Below, in pieces: positions 20,815-29,870 of a DNA stretch of 64,000 bases. The notes below the pieces were generated by a model, which ran no database searches, had not been told where the DNA came from, and was given only the letters and a program-made list of their open reading frames with translations. Every line of letters starts with the position of its first letter. Position 1 is the first letter of the stretch. Both the position numbers and the translations under genes were made by a program. Origin of the DNA: Piscinibacter sp. (GTDB taxonomy: Bacteria > Pseudomonadota > Gammaproteobacteria > Burkholderiales > Burkholderiaceae_C); assembly GCF_041496605.1 (NCBI RefSeq), contig NZ_JBGQEX010000003.1; one strand, given 5' to 3'.

Positions 20815-21357
20815 GTGCGCAATGCTGTTCTCGCCGCGCTGACGGTGCTCTATCCGCTGGTCGTATACCTCGGGCTCGGCCACTTCGAGCCGCGCTGGCT
20901 GGCGTTCCTGTTGCTCGGGCTGGCGCTCGCGCGCCTGACCACGTCGCGCGAGCGGGTGTGGTGGGCCGCTGCGGTGCTGGCCGCGGTGCTGGCGCTGGCC
21001 ACATTCCTGGCCAACGCGGCCTTGCCGCTCAAGCTCTACCCGGTCATCGTCAGCGGCTTGTTGCTCGCGCTGTTCGCGGCGAGCCTCGCGCACCCGCCGA
21101 CGGCCGTCGAACGGCTGGCACGGCTGACCAACCCCGACCTGCCCCCGAAAGGCGTGGCCTACACCCGCAAGGTGACCTGGGTGTGGTGCGGCTTCTTCGT
21201 GCTCAACGGCACGCTGGCCGCGGCCACGGCGCTGTGGGGCAGCGACGCCGCGTGGGCCCTCTACAACGGGCTCATTGCTTACGGTCTGATGGGCCTGCTG
21301 TTCGGCGGCGAATGGCTGGTGCGCCGGCGCGTGATGGCCGGGAGCGCGCATGTCTGA
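20815..21357 (+). CDS. integral membrane protein (COG4648 / ApeG-like)
   Basis: Five to six TM segments, in the conserved position between the ACPs and the adenylating enzyme as in APE clusters. Confidence 0.65.
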   Translation: MRNAVLAALTVLYPLVVYLGLGHFEPRWLAFLLLGLALARLTTSRERVWWAAAVLAAVLALATFLANAALPLKLYPVIVSGLLLALFAASLAHPPTAVERLARLTNPDLPPKGVAYTRKVTWVWCGFFVLNGTLAAATALWGSDAAWALYNGLIAYGLMGLLFGGEWLVRRRVMAGSAHV

Positions 21358-23047
21358 GTGGCTGCCGTTGACGGAGGTCGCGTCGAGAGCGGGCCTGTCC
21401 GATCGCGCGGTGGCGTGGCGCGACGCGCAGGCGCTCGACCGCGCCGCATTCCTGCGCGAGGTCGGTCGCTGGCAAGCCGCTTTCGCAGCACAGTCGGGGC
21501 AGCGCTTTGCCCTCTACATCGAGGATCCCTTCGACTTCGCTGCGGCGCTGTATGGCGCGTGGCACGCGGGCAAGACACCGTACCTGCCTGGCGATGCGCA
21601 GCCTGCCACCATCGAGCGCCTGACGCGCCTGGTCGACGGCCTCGCGGGTGATCTGCCGGGCGGCATGCGCCCGGCCGACGAACCTGCGCCGCAGCCGACG
21701 CGCTCGCTCGACCTCGTCGACACGCGCGTGGTCATGTTCACCTCGGGCTCCAGCGGCGAGCCGGCCGCGCTGGAGAAGAAGCTGGCCCAACTCGACGCCG
21801 AGATCCACACCCAGCACGCGGCCTTCGGCACCCGCTGGGCCCGCCATGCCGACCTGAGCGTTTACGCGACGGTGTCGCACCAGCACATCTACGGGCTGTT
21901 GTTCCTGGTGCTGTGGCCGCTCGCCGCGGGGCGGCGTTTTGTCACCCGGCGCCTGGCCTATGCCGAAGAGATGGCGGCCCGGCTCGGCCCGGCACCGTCG
22001 CTGCTGGTGTCCAGCCCCGCACACCTCAAACGGCTGCCCGAGTCCATCGACTGGACGCTCGCGCGACGCGGCCTGCAGGCCGTGCTGTCGTCGGGCGGGC
22101 CCCTGCCACCCGAAGCAGCGCTGCAGGCGGCGCAATGCTTCGGCGCGGCGCCGATCGAGATCTTCGGCAGCTCCGAAACCGGCGGCATCGCGTGGCGCCA
22201 GCGCACCGTCCACGCCGACCGTTGGCAGCCGCTGCCACAGGTCGAGTGGCGCATCGACGACGGCCTGCTCGCCGTGCGCTCGCCGTACCTGCCCGACGCG
22301 CAGTGGTGGCTGACCGCCGACCGCGTTCGCGCCGACGCCGACGGCAGTTTCGTGATGCTCGGCCGCGCCGACCGCATCGTGAAGATCGAGGAGAAGCGCG
22401 TCTCGCTGAGCGCGATCGAGCGGCGCCTGGCGGAGTCGCCGCTGCTCGCTGATGCGCGTGTGCTGGCGCTTGCGGCCGGCACCGGCCTGCGCGTGGCGGC
22501 GGTCGTGGTTCTCAGCGACGCGGGGCGCGCCGCGCTGGCGGCGCAGGGCCGGCGCGCCTTCAACGAGGCGCTGCGCGCATGGCTCGCCGGCAGCGTCGAA
22601 CGCATCGCGCTGCCGCGCCGCTGGCGTCATGTGGCCGCGCTGCCGGTCAACGCGCAAGGCAAGACCACCGAGGCCGCGCTGGCGGCGCTGTTCGACGACG
22701 ACATGCCAAGCGTGCAATGGATCGAGTGCGGCGCGACCGAAGCCCGCGCCGAGTTCAGCGTTGAGGCCGGTGATGCGGCCTTCGACGGGCACTTCCCTGC
22801 GGCGGCGATCCTGCCCGGCGTGATCCAGCTCGACTGGGCCATTCGTTGCGGGCGCGACTGCTTCGCGCTCGCAGCGCCGGTTGCCGGGCTCGAGGTCCTC
22901 AAGTTCCAGCAGCCGGTGCTGCCCGGCACCAAGCTGACTCTCGCGCTGCATTGGAAGCCCGAGACGCGGGCCATGACGTTTCGCATCACGTCGACCGCCG
23001 GCGTGCATGCCAGCGGCCGCGTACTGTTCGCGGTGTCCGATGTTTGA
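21350..23047 (+). CDS. AMP-dependent synthetase/ligase fused to a C-terminal hotdog dehydratase domain
   Basis: The adenylation motifs (FTSGSSGEP, GSSETGG, DRIVKIEEKRV) are followed by a FabA/FabZ-like hotdog domain (FDGHFPAAAILPGVIQLDW). Confidence 0.85.
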   Translation: MSEWLPLTEVASRAGLSDRAVAWRDAQALDRAAFLREVGRWQAAFAAQSGQRFALYIEDPFDFAAALYGAWHAGKTPYLPGDAQPATIERLTRLVDGLAGDLPGGMRPADEPAPQPTRSLDLVDTRVVMFTSGSSGEPAALEKKLAQLDAEIHTQHAAFGTRWARHADLSVYATVSHQHIYGLLFLVLWPLAAGRRFVTRRLAYAEEMAARLGPAPSLLVSSPAHLKRLPESIDWTLARRGLQAVLSSGGPLPPEAALQAAQCFGAAPIEIFGSSETGGIAWRQRTVHADRWQPLPQVEWRIDDGLLAVRSPYLPDAQWWLTADRVRADADGSFVMLGRADRIVKIEEKRVSLSAIERRLAESPLLADARVLALAAGTGLRVAAVVVLSDAGRAALAAQGRRAFNEALRAWLAGSVERIALPRRWRHVAALPVNAQGKTTEAALAALFDDDMPSVQWIECGATEARAEFSVEAGDAAFDGHFPAAAILPGVIQLDWAIRCGRDCFALAAPVAGLEVLKFQQPVLPGTKLTLALHWKPETRAMTFRITSTAGVHASGRVLFAVSDV

Positions 23048-23777
23048 CGCCGTCGTGGTGATCCCGGTTTACAACCACGGGGTTCCGGCCGTGCGCATGG
23101 TGAAGGCCGTGCGCCAGCTCGGCTTGCCATGCATCCTTGTCGACGACGGCAGCGAGGCGCAATGCGCCGCGATGCTGGCCATTGCCGCCGTGCAGCCGGG
23201 TGTGCGGCTGCTGCGGCTGCATGCCAACCAGGGCAAGGGCGGCGCGGTGATGGCCGGCCTGCGCGCCGCGCTGCAACAGGGCCACACGCATGCGGTGCAG
23301 ATCGATGCCGACGGCCAGCACGACGCGCGCGACATCCCGGCGTTCCTCGATCTGGCGCGCACCCACCCGGGCGCGGTGATTTGCGGCAACCCGGTGTACG
23401 ACGCGTCGGTGCCGCGCTCGCGGCTGATCGCGCGCTACGCGACGCATGTGTGGGTGTGGATCAACACGCTGTCGCTCGACATTCGCGATTCAATGTGCGG
23501 CTTCCGGGTCTATCCGCTGGCTCCGGTGGTGTCGCTGATCGACAGCGTGCACATCGGCCAGCGCATGGATTTCGACACCGAGGTGCTGGTGCGCCTGCAC
23601 TGGCGCGGGGTGGCCGTTTTCAACCGCCCGACGCGCGTGACCTATCCGCGCGACGGCGTCTCGCACTTTCGCTTGTGGCGCGACAACGTGCTGATCTCGC
23701 GCATGCATGCGCGACTGTTCTTCGGCATGGTGCTGCGGCTGCCGTGGCTGCTGTGGCGGCGGGTGAGGCCAGCATGA
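23040..23777 (+). CDS. family 2 glycosyltransferase
   Basis: VVIPVYNH...VDDGS...DADGQH, the GT-A DxD architecture. The ATG at 23040 overlaps the upstream stop. Confidence 0.85.
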   Translation: MFDAVVVIPVYNHGVPAVRMVKAVRQLGLPCILVDDGSEAQCAAMLAIAAVQPGVRLLRLHANQGKGGAVMAGLRAALQQGHTHAVQIDADGQHDARDIPAFLDLARTHPGAVICGNPVYDASVPRSRLIARYATHVWVWINTLSLDIRDSMCGFRVYPLAPVVSLIDSVHIGQRMDFDTEVLVRLHWRGVAVFNRPTRVTYPRDGVSHFRLWRDNVLISRMHARLFFGMVLRLPWLLWRRVRPA

Positions 23778-23886
23778 GACACGTCGTGTCGCTTTCCGCA
23801 TGGCGGGCCGAGCGCCGGGCCGCTCCCAAGCCGGCCCGCGCCCCCGCGGGGGGCCGTCCGCCGTATCCGGCGGGCGGGGGGCTCCA

Positions 23887-24822
23887 ATGAGCACATCGAC
23901 GCGTCATTGGGCCCACCTTGGCGAGAACACCTTCGTCGCCGGCACCTGGCTGCTGTGGGGCGTGCACCGCGTGTTCGGCCGCACGCTGTTCCGCGTCTGT
24001 CTGTTCCCGGTCGTCATCTGGTACTGGGCCGCGAACCCGATGGCGCGAGCGGCGTCGCTGCAATACCTGCAACGCCTGCAGGCCGCCAGCGGCGTGATCG
24101 GTCATGCGCCGGGCTGGCGCGACACGCTGCGTCACTTCCTGTCGTTCGCCGACACGCTGCTCGACAAGCTGCTCGCCATCAGCGGGCGCTACCCGTTCGA
24201 GCGCGTGCGCTGCGAGGGCCAGGACGCCGTGCGGCGCACGCTGGCCAGTGGCCGCGGCGCAATGATCGTGACGGCTCATGTCGGCTGCCTGGAGCTGTGC
24301 CGCGCGCTGGCCCACCACCATGGCGGGTTTGCGTTGACGGTGCTGGTGCACACGGCGCACGCCGAGCGCTTCAACCGCATCCTGCAACGGCTCGACCCCG
24401 GCAGCCGCGTGCGCCTGCTGCAGGTCACCGAGGTCAGCGCCGCCACTGCGGTGCTGCTCGGCGAATGCATCGAGCGCGGTGAACTGGTCGCCATCGTCGG
24501 CGACCGTGTGCCGGTGCGTGCGAGCAAGACGATCACGCTGCCCTTCCTCGGCGTCGATGCGCCGCTGCCGGTCGGCGCCTACGTGCTGGCCGCGTTGCTG
24601 CGCTGCCCGCTGTACTTCATGGGGTGCGTGCGCGAGGCCGGCGGCCATGTCGTGGTCTACGAACGGCTCGCCGATCGTGTCGAGCTGCCGCGCGGCCGGC
24701 GCGACGAGGCGCTGCGCGAAGTCGCGCAGCGCTATGTGCGCAGCCTCGAAGCCATCGTGCGGCGCGCTCCTTTCGACTGGTTCAACTTCTTCCCGTTCTG
24801 GGATCAAGGCACAACGACATGA
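23887..24822 (+). CDS. LpxL/HtrB-like (lipid A-type) acyltransferase
   Basis: N-terminal TM segment, TAHVGCLE (HX4-acidic-like) and GDRV motifs. The size and layout resemble late lipid-A acyltransferases. Confidence 0.7.
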   Translation: MSTSTRHWAHLGENTFVAGTWLLWGVHRVFGRTLFRVCLFPVVIWYWAANPMARAASLQYLQRLQAASGVIGHAPGWRDTLRHFLSFADTLLDKLLAISGRYPFERVRCEGQDAVRRTLASGRGAMIVTAHVGCLELCRALAHHHGGFALTVLVHTAHAERFNRILQRLDPGSRVRLLQVTEVSAATAVLLGECIERGELVAIVGDRVPVRASKTITLPFLGVDAPLPVGAYVLAALLRCPLYFMGCVREAGGHVVVYERLADRVELPRGRRDEALREVAQRYVRSLEAIVRRAPFDWFNFFPFWDQGTTT

Positions 24823-26375
24823 ATGACAGGCATCACCCTGCGGCCCACGTCCGCTTCGACGGGAGCGCGCTGCGCATCGAAGACGTGGTGGCGCTCGCTC
24901 GTGGCGGCAGCACGGCCGAGTTGTCGCGCGACAGCGCGTTCCGGCAGCGCATCCAGCGCGGCGCCGACTTCCTCGACCGCCTGCTGCGCGAAGACGGCAT
25001 CGTCTATGGCGTGACCACCGGCTATGGCGACTCGTGCACCGTGGCCATCCCGCCGGAACTGGTGGCGCAGTTGCCGCACCGGCTCTACACCTATCACGGC
25101 TGCGGCCTTGGCCGCATGCTGGCGCCGCAGGAAACGCGCGCCGTGCTCGCGGTGCGCCTCGCCTCGCTGGCGCAGGGCGTCTCGGGGGTCAGCGTGGCGC
25201 TGCTCGAGCAACTGGAACAGCTGCTGGTGCACGACGTGCTGCCGCTGATCCCGGCCGAGGGTTCGGTCGGTGCGAGCGGCGACCTGACGCCGCTGTCGTA
25301 CGTGGCGGCGGTGCTGTGCGGCGAACGCGAGGTGTTGTATCGCGACCAGCAGCGGCCTGCTGCCGAGGTGCTGCGCGAGCTGGGCCTCGCGCCGCTGCGC
25401 CTGCGGCCCAAGGAGGGGCTCGCGATCATGAACGGCACCGCGGTGATGACCGCGCTGGCCTGCCTGGCCTGGCAGCGCGCCGCCTATGTGAGCCGCCTGG
25501 CGACGCGGCTGACGGCCTGCAACGTGCTGGCCAGCGCCGGCAACGCGCACCACTTCGACGAGGCCTTGCACGCCGTCAAGCCGCACCCGGGCCAGCAGCG
25601 CGTGGCGGCACGCCTGCGCGAAGACCTGGCCAGCGATCGCCCGGCGCGCAACGAACACCGGCTGCAGGACCGTTACTCGCTGCGCTGCGCGCCGCATGTC
25701 ATCGGCGTGCTCGAAGACGCGCTGCCGTGGTTGCGCAGCTTCATCGAGAACGAGCTGAACAGCGCCAACGACAACCCGATCATCCTCGCCGACGCCGAGC
25801 AGGTACTGCACGGCGGCCACTTCTACGGCGGCCACATCGCGTTCGCGATGGACAGCCTGAAGACCGCCGTGGCCAACGTGGCCGACCTGCTCGACCGCCA
25901 GCTCGCCTTGCTGGTCGACACGCGTTTCAACCACGGACTGCCGGCCAACCTGTCGGGCGCGGTCGGTCAACGCTCCACCGTCAACCACGGCTTGAAGGCG
26001 CTGCAGATCAGCGTGTCGGCGTGGACCGCCGAGGCGCTCAAGCTGACGATGCCGGCCTCGGTGTTCTCGCGCTCGACCGAATGCCACAACCAGGACAAGG
26101 TGAGCATGGGCACCATCGCCGCGCGCGACTGCCTGCGCGTGCTCGAACTGACCGAGCAGGTGTGTGCCGCGATGCTGATTGCCGCGCGCCAAGGCGTGGC
26201 GCTGCGCCAGCGTGATACTGAGATGCCCGCGATGGCCCCGAGCCTGGCGAACTTCCTCGGCGACCTCGGTCGGCGCGTCCCGCTGATCGAAGAGGACCGT
26301 GCGCTCGACGGCGAACTGCGCGCGCTGCTCGCCGCACTGAGCGACGAAGCCTGGACCCTCTATGACGACGCCTGA
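24819..26375 (+). CDS. MIO-dependent aromatic amino acid ammonia-lyase (HAL/TAL/PAL family)
   Basis: Ala-Ser-Gly MIO triad in GSVGASGDLTPL, together with YGVTTGYG, NDNP and QDKVSMG motifs. The ATG at 24819 overlaps the upstream stop (ATGA). Confidence 0.92.
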   Translation: MNDRHHPAAHVRFDGSALRIEDVVALARGGSTAELSRDSAFRQRIQRGADFLDRLLREDGIVYGVTTGYGDSCTVAIPPELVAQLPHRLYTYHGCGLGRMLAPQETRAVLAVRLASLAQGVSGVSVALLEQLEQLLVHDVLPLIPAEGSVGASGDLTPLSYVAAVLCGEREVLYRDQQRPAAEVLRELGLAPLRLRPKEGLAIMNGTAVMTALACLAWQRAAYVSRLATRLTACNVLASAGNAHHFDEALHAVKPHPGQQRVAARLREDLASDRPARNEHRLQDRYSLRCAPHVIGVLEDALPWLRSFIENELNSANDNPIILADAEQVLHGGHFYGGHIAFAMDSLKTAVANVADLLDRQLALLVDTRFNHGLPANLSGAVGQRSTVNHGLKALQISVSAWTAEALKLTMPASVFSRSTECHNQDKVSMGTIAARDCLRVLELTEQVCAAMLIAARQGVALRQRDTEMPAMAPSLANFLGDLGRRVPLIEEDRALDGELRALLAALSDEAWTLYDDA

Positions 26376-26784
26376 CCTGAGCTGCGAGATCGAGGTCGTC
26401 CCGGCGTTCTTCGACCTCGACCCGATGGACATCGTCTGGCACGGCCACTACGTCAAGTACCTCGAGTTGGCGCGCTGCGCGCTGCTCGAACGCTTCAACT
26501 ACAGCTACCCGCAGATGCGCGAGTCGGGCTATGCCTGGCCGGTGGTCGACATGCGCCTGAAGTACGTGCGAACCGCGAGCTTCGGGCAGAAGCTGCGCGT
26601 GCGCGCCGAGATCGTCGAGTGGGAGAACCGGCTGCGCATCGAGTACCTGATGCGCGACGCGCAGACTGGCGCCAAGGTCAATCGGGCCAGCTCGATCCAG
26701 GTGGCGGTGGACATGAACACGCGCGAGATGTGCTACGTGTGCCCGCCGGTGCTGTGGCAGCGGCTCGGGGTGGCGCCGTGCTGA
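26362..26784 (+). CDS. 4HBT/YbgC-type acyl-CoA (acyl-ACP) thioesterase
   Basis: Hotdog fold with the DLDPMDIVWHGHYVKYLE motif. Confidence 0.85.
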   Translation: MTTPDLSCEIEVVPAFFDLDPMDIVWHGHYVKYLELARCALLERFNYSYPQMRESGYAWPVVDMRLKYVRTASFGQKLRVRAEIVEWENRLRIEYLMRDAQTGAKVNRASSIQVAVDMNTREMCYVCPPVLWQRLGVAPC

Positions 26785-27410
26785 CGCGGCGACGGTGCCT
26801 GTCGCTGATCGGCGTGGCCGCGTGGCTGCCGCTGTGCGTGCATGCCGCCGATCTGCCCGCCGACGTTCGCGCGCGCCTCGACGACGCGCCGGTGCTGCGC
26901 GGTGACTTCGAGCAGACGCGCACGCTCAAGGGCTTCAAGAACCCGCTGGTGTCGCGCGGTGATTTCCTGCTGCTGCTCTCGCGCGGCGTGGTCTGGCGCA
27001 CCCGCACGCCGTTCGCGTCGACGCTGGTGGTGACGCGCGAGCGCCTGCTGTCGCGCGGCGCCGACGGCGCGACGACGGCGAAGATCGACGCTCGCACCGA
27101 ACCCGGCCTGCGCGCCGTCAACGAAGTGATGTTCGCTCTGCTCGCCGGCGACCTGGCCACGCTGGCGCGGCACTTTCGCATCGACGGCGAACTGCTCGAA
27201 GGGCAGGGCTGGCGCCTGGTGCTGACACCGGTCGATGCGATGCTCGCCGGCCAGTTCACGCGCCTTGGTCTCGAAGGCGACCGCCACGTGCGCCAGGTGC
27301 AGTTGGACGAGCGCAGCGGCGACCGGACGGTGATCCGCTTTGCGTCGCTGCATGCCGCACAGGAGCCGACGCGCGAAGAGGAGGCACGCTTTGAGTCGGC
27401 CGGCTCGTGA
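26778..27410 (+). CDS. LolA-like outer-membrane lipoprotein carrier protein
   Basis: Signal peptide followed by LRGDFEQTRTLKGFKNPLVSRGDF, typical of LolA-like proteins. GTG start at 26778. Confidence 0.72.
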   Translation: MLTRRRCLSLIGVAAWLPLCVHAADLPADVRARLDDAPVLRGDFEQTRTLKGFKNPLVSRGDFLLLLSRGVVWRTRTPFASTLVVTRERLLSRGADGATTAKIDARTEPGLRAVNEVMFALLAGDLATLARHFRIDGELLEGQGWRLVLTPVDAMLAGQFTRLGLEGDRHVRQVQLDERSGDRTVIRFASLHAAQEPTREEEARFESAGS

Positions 27411-27498
27411 GCGCCCCCAGGCCGCCGCCTCGCGGCGTCCGCCCCCCAAGGGGGTCAAGGAAACTTGGGGCGGCCCGGCGTTTCCTTGTGAGCTGCGG

Positions 27499-29838
27499 AT
27501 GAGCACCGGTCCCGCCGCATCGGTGTCGCGCGCGCCGCATGCGCTCGCGCTGGCGTGGCTGCTGGTGGTGCTGCTGGTGGCGGCCCACCAGTGGACGTTC
27601 TGGCATGCCGACCGGCTCGATACCGACGTGCTCGCGCTGCTGCCGCAAGACGAGCAGTCGCCCGAACTGGGCCGCGCGACCCGGCAGCTCGCCGACAGCG
27701 CGGCGCGTTCGATCATGGTGCTGGTGGGCGCGCAAGACGGGGCCGCGGCAACGCAGGCCGCCCAGCGCTTCGACGCCGTCTGGCGCGAGCGCGACGGCGC
27801 ACTGGCCGGCGGCGCCACGCCTTCGCTGGGCGCGGGGCGTGAGGCCGTCGATGCACTGCTGCCGTGGCGCGACCGCCTGTTGACGGCTGCGCAGCGCGAG
27901 CGTTTGCAGCACACGCCGCCGGCCGCTTTGGCCGAGTCCGCGCTGGCCAGCCTGCACCAGCCGGGCGCCGGCCTGCTCCTGTCGGATTGGCGTGCCGACC
28001 CGCTCGGCCTGTGGCCGCAGTGGTGGTCGCAGCGGCTCGCCGGCACGCCGGCGCGGCCGCGCGACGGCGTGCTGGCGTTCCACGCCGACGACATGGAGTG
28101 GGTGCTGCTGTCGCACGACGTCGCTGGCTCCGCCTTTGCGCTCGACGGCAATGCCGTGCACGGTGCGGCGCTGCAGGCGGCCGAGGCGGCAACCCGTGCG
28201 CTGGTTCCGCAAGCGCGTGTGCTGACGGCGGGTGTGCCCTTGCACGGCGAGGCGGCAGCGGTGCGTGCGAACCAGGAAATCAACCTGATCGGCTGGGGTT
28301 CGCTGGCTGCCATCGTGTTGCTGATGTGGCTCGCGTTCCGCTCGCTGTGGCCGATCGTGCTGGTGGTGGTGACGCTGGCGGTCGGCTGCATGACGGCGTT
28401 GTCGGTGACGGCGCTGGTGTTCGACCGCGTGCACCTGATCACGCTTGTGTTCGGCGCCAGCCTGGTCGGCGTGGCCGAGGACTTCGGCATCCACTATTTC
28501 GCCAGCCGCATCGGCCGCCCCGAACTCGCGCCGCAAGGGCTGTTGCGCCTGCTGCTGCCCGGGCTGCTGCTGGCGCTCGCGACCAGCGTGATCGCCTACC
28601 TGATGCTCGGCCTCGCCCCGTTTCCCGGCCTGCGCCAGATGGCGCTGTTCTCGGCCGTGGGCTTGTCCGCCGCGTTCATGACGATGGCTTGCTGGTTCAC
28701 GCTGCTGGACCGCGGGCGGGTGCGTGCCAGCGCCTTCGCGAGCGCGATCGGCAACAGCCTGGCGCGCTGGCCTCGCGTGCGGATCACGCGCCGCAGCACG
28801 GCGTTGGCCGGCGTGCTCGCGCTGCTGGCCGCCGCCGGCGTGGCTCGGCTTCAAGCCAACGACGACGTGCGTCAATTGCAATCGTCGCCGCCGGTGCTGC
28901 AGCAGTCGCAGCGCGAGGTGCAGCGCTTGCTGCAACTGCCCAGCCCGGCGCAGTTCCTGTGGGTCGGTGGCGCCACGGCCGAGGACGTGCTGCAGCGCGA
29001 GGAACGCCTGACGCCGCTGCTCGATGCACAGGTGGCCGCGGGCATGCTCAAGGGCTATGTGGCGCTGTCGGACTGGGTGCCGTCGCTGGCACGCCAGCAA
29101 GCCGATGCGGCGCTGACGGCGCGTGTCGAGACGCAGGTGCTGGCGCAGGTCGGCCAGGCGCTCGGCGAAAACCTGCAGCGCCCGGCGTTCGACGCTGCGC
29201 CGCTCACGCCGCAGGGCGTGCTGGCGCGCCCGGAGTCGGCCGCGCTGCGCGGGCTGTGGCTGGCCGACGCCGGCCACGGGCCGGGCAGCGTGGTGCTGCT
29301 GCAAGGGCTTGCCGACGCGGCGCAGGTCGCAGCGGTCCGCGCGGCCGTGCAGGGCGTCGATGGCGTACGCTGGGTCGACAACGTCGCCGAGATCTCCACG
29401 CTGATGGCGCGCTACCGCGTCTCGATGTCGCTGTTGCTGCTGCTTGGCTATGTCGCGGTGTTGCTCGCGCTGTGGTGGCGCTTCGGCCGCGCCGCGTGGC
29501 GAGCCTGGCTGCCGACCGTGCTCGCGGCGGTGTTCAGCCTGGCCATGCTCGGATGGCTCGGCGAGAGCTTCCAGCTGTTCAACGTGCTGGCGCTGATCCT
29601 GCTGCTGGGCATCGGCGTGGACTACGGCATCTTCCTGCTCGAACACGACGGCGACGGTTCGGCCTGGCTCGCGGTCGTGCTCGGCGCCGCCAGCACCTTG
29701 CTGTCGTTCGGCCTGCTCGGGTTGTCGAGCACGCCGGCGTTGCGCGCTTTCGGCCTGACGATGGCGCTGGGCACGGCCTGCGTGTGGCTGCTGTCGCCGA
29801 TGTTCCGCCCCAGCCGTCCGCCGCAGCCCGGGCGCTGA
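27499..29838 (+). CDS. MMPL/RND-superfamily membrane exporter
   Basis: About 780 aa with two 6-TM bundles (…FDRVHLITLVFGASLVGVAEDFGIHY… and …LGIGVDYGIFLLEH…). Start taken at the ATG at 27499 inside ORF 27340-29838. Confidence 0.85.
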   Translation: MSTGPAASVSRAPHALALAWLLVVLLVAAHQWTFWHADRLDTDVLALLPQDEQSPELGRATRQLADSAARSIMVLVGAQDGAAATQAAQRFDAVWRERDGALAGGATPSLGAGREAVDALLPWRDRLLTAAQRERLQHTPPAALAESALASLHQPGAGLLLSDWRADPLGLWPQWWSQRLAGTPARPRDGVLAFHADDMEWVLLSHDVAGSAFALDGNAVHGAALQAAEAATRALVPQARVLTAGVPLHGEAAAVRANQEINLIGWGSLAAIVLLMWLAFRSLWPIVLVVVTLAVGCMTALSVTALVFDRVHLITLVFGASLVGVAEDFGIHYFASRIGRPELAPQGLLRLLLPGLLLALATSVIAYLMLGLAPFPGLRQMALFSAVGLSAAFMTMACWFTLLDRGRVRASAFASAIGNSLARWPRVRITRRSTALAGVLALLAAAGVARLQANDDVRQLQSSPPVLQQSQREVQRLLQLPSPAQFLWVGGATAEDVLQREERLTPLLDAQVAAGMLKGYVALSDWVPSLARQQADAALTARVETQVLAQVGQALGENLQRPAFDAAPLTPQGVLARPESAALRGLWLADAGHGPGSVVLLQGLADAAQVAAVRAAVQGVDGVRWVDNVAEISTLMARYRVSMSLLLLLGYVAVLLALWWRFGRAAWRAWLPTVLAAVFSLAMLGWLGESFQLFNVLALILLLGIGVDYGIFLLEHDGDGSAWLAVVLGAASTLLSFGLLGLSSTPALRAFGLTMALGTACVWLLSPMFRPSRPPQPGR

Positions 29839-29870
29839 CGCTTGCCACCCCTTCGAGAGAGAACACACCC

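Noticed and set aside
27256-29868. 870-codon minus-strand ORF
   Set aside because: It is antisense to the MMPL exporter gene. The product is extremely Arg/Gln/His/Ala-rich with no recognisable motifs or membrane segments.
27864-29870. The 5' two-thirds of the 1026-codon plus-strand ORF 27864-30944
   Set aside because: It overlaps the MMPL gene in a different frame. Only the segment from 29871 onward encodes a recognisable protein, the O-methyltransferase.
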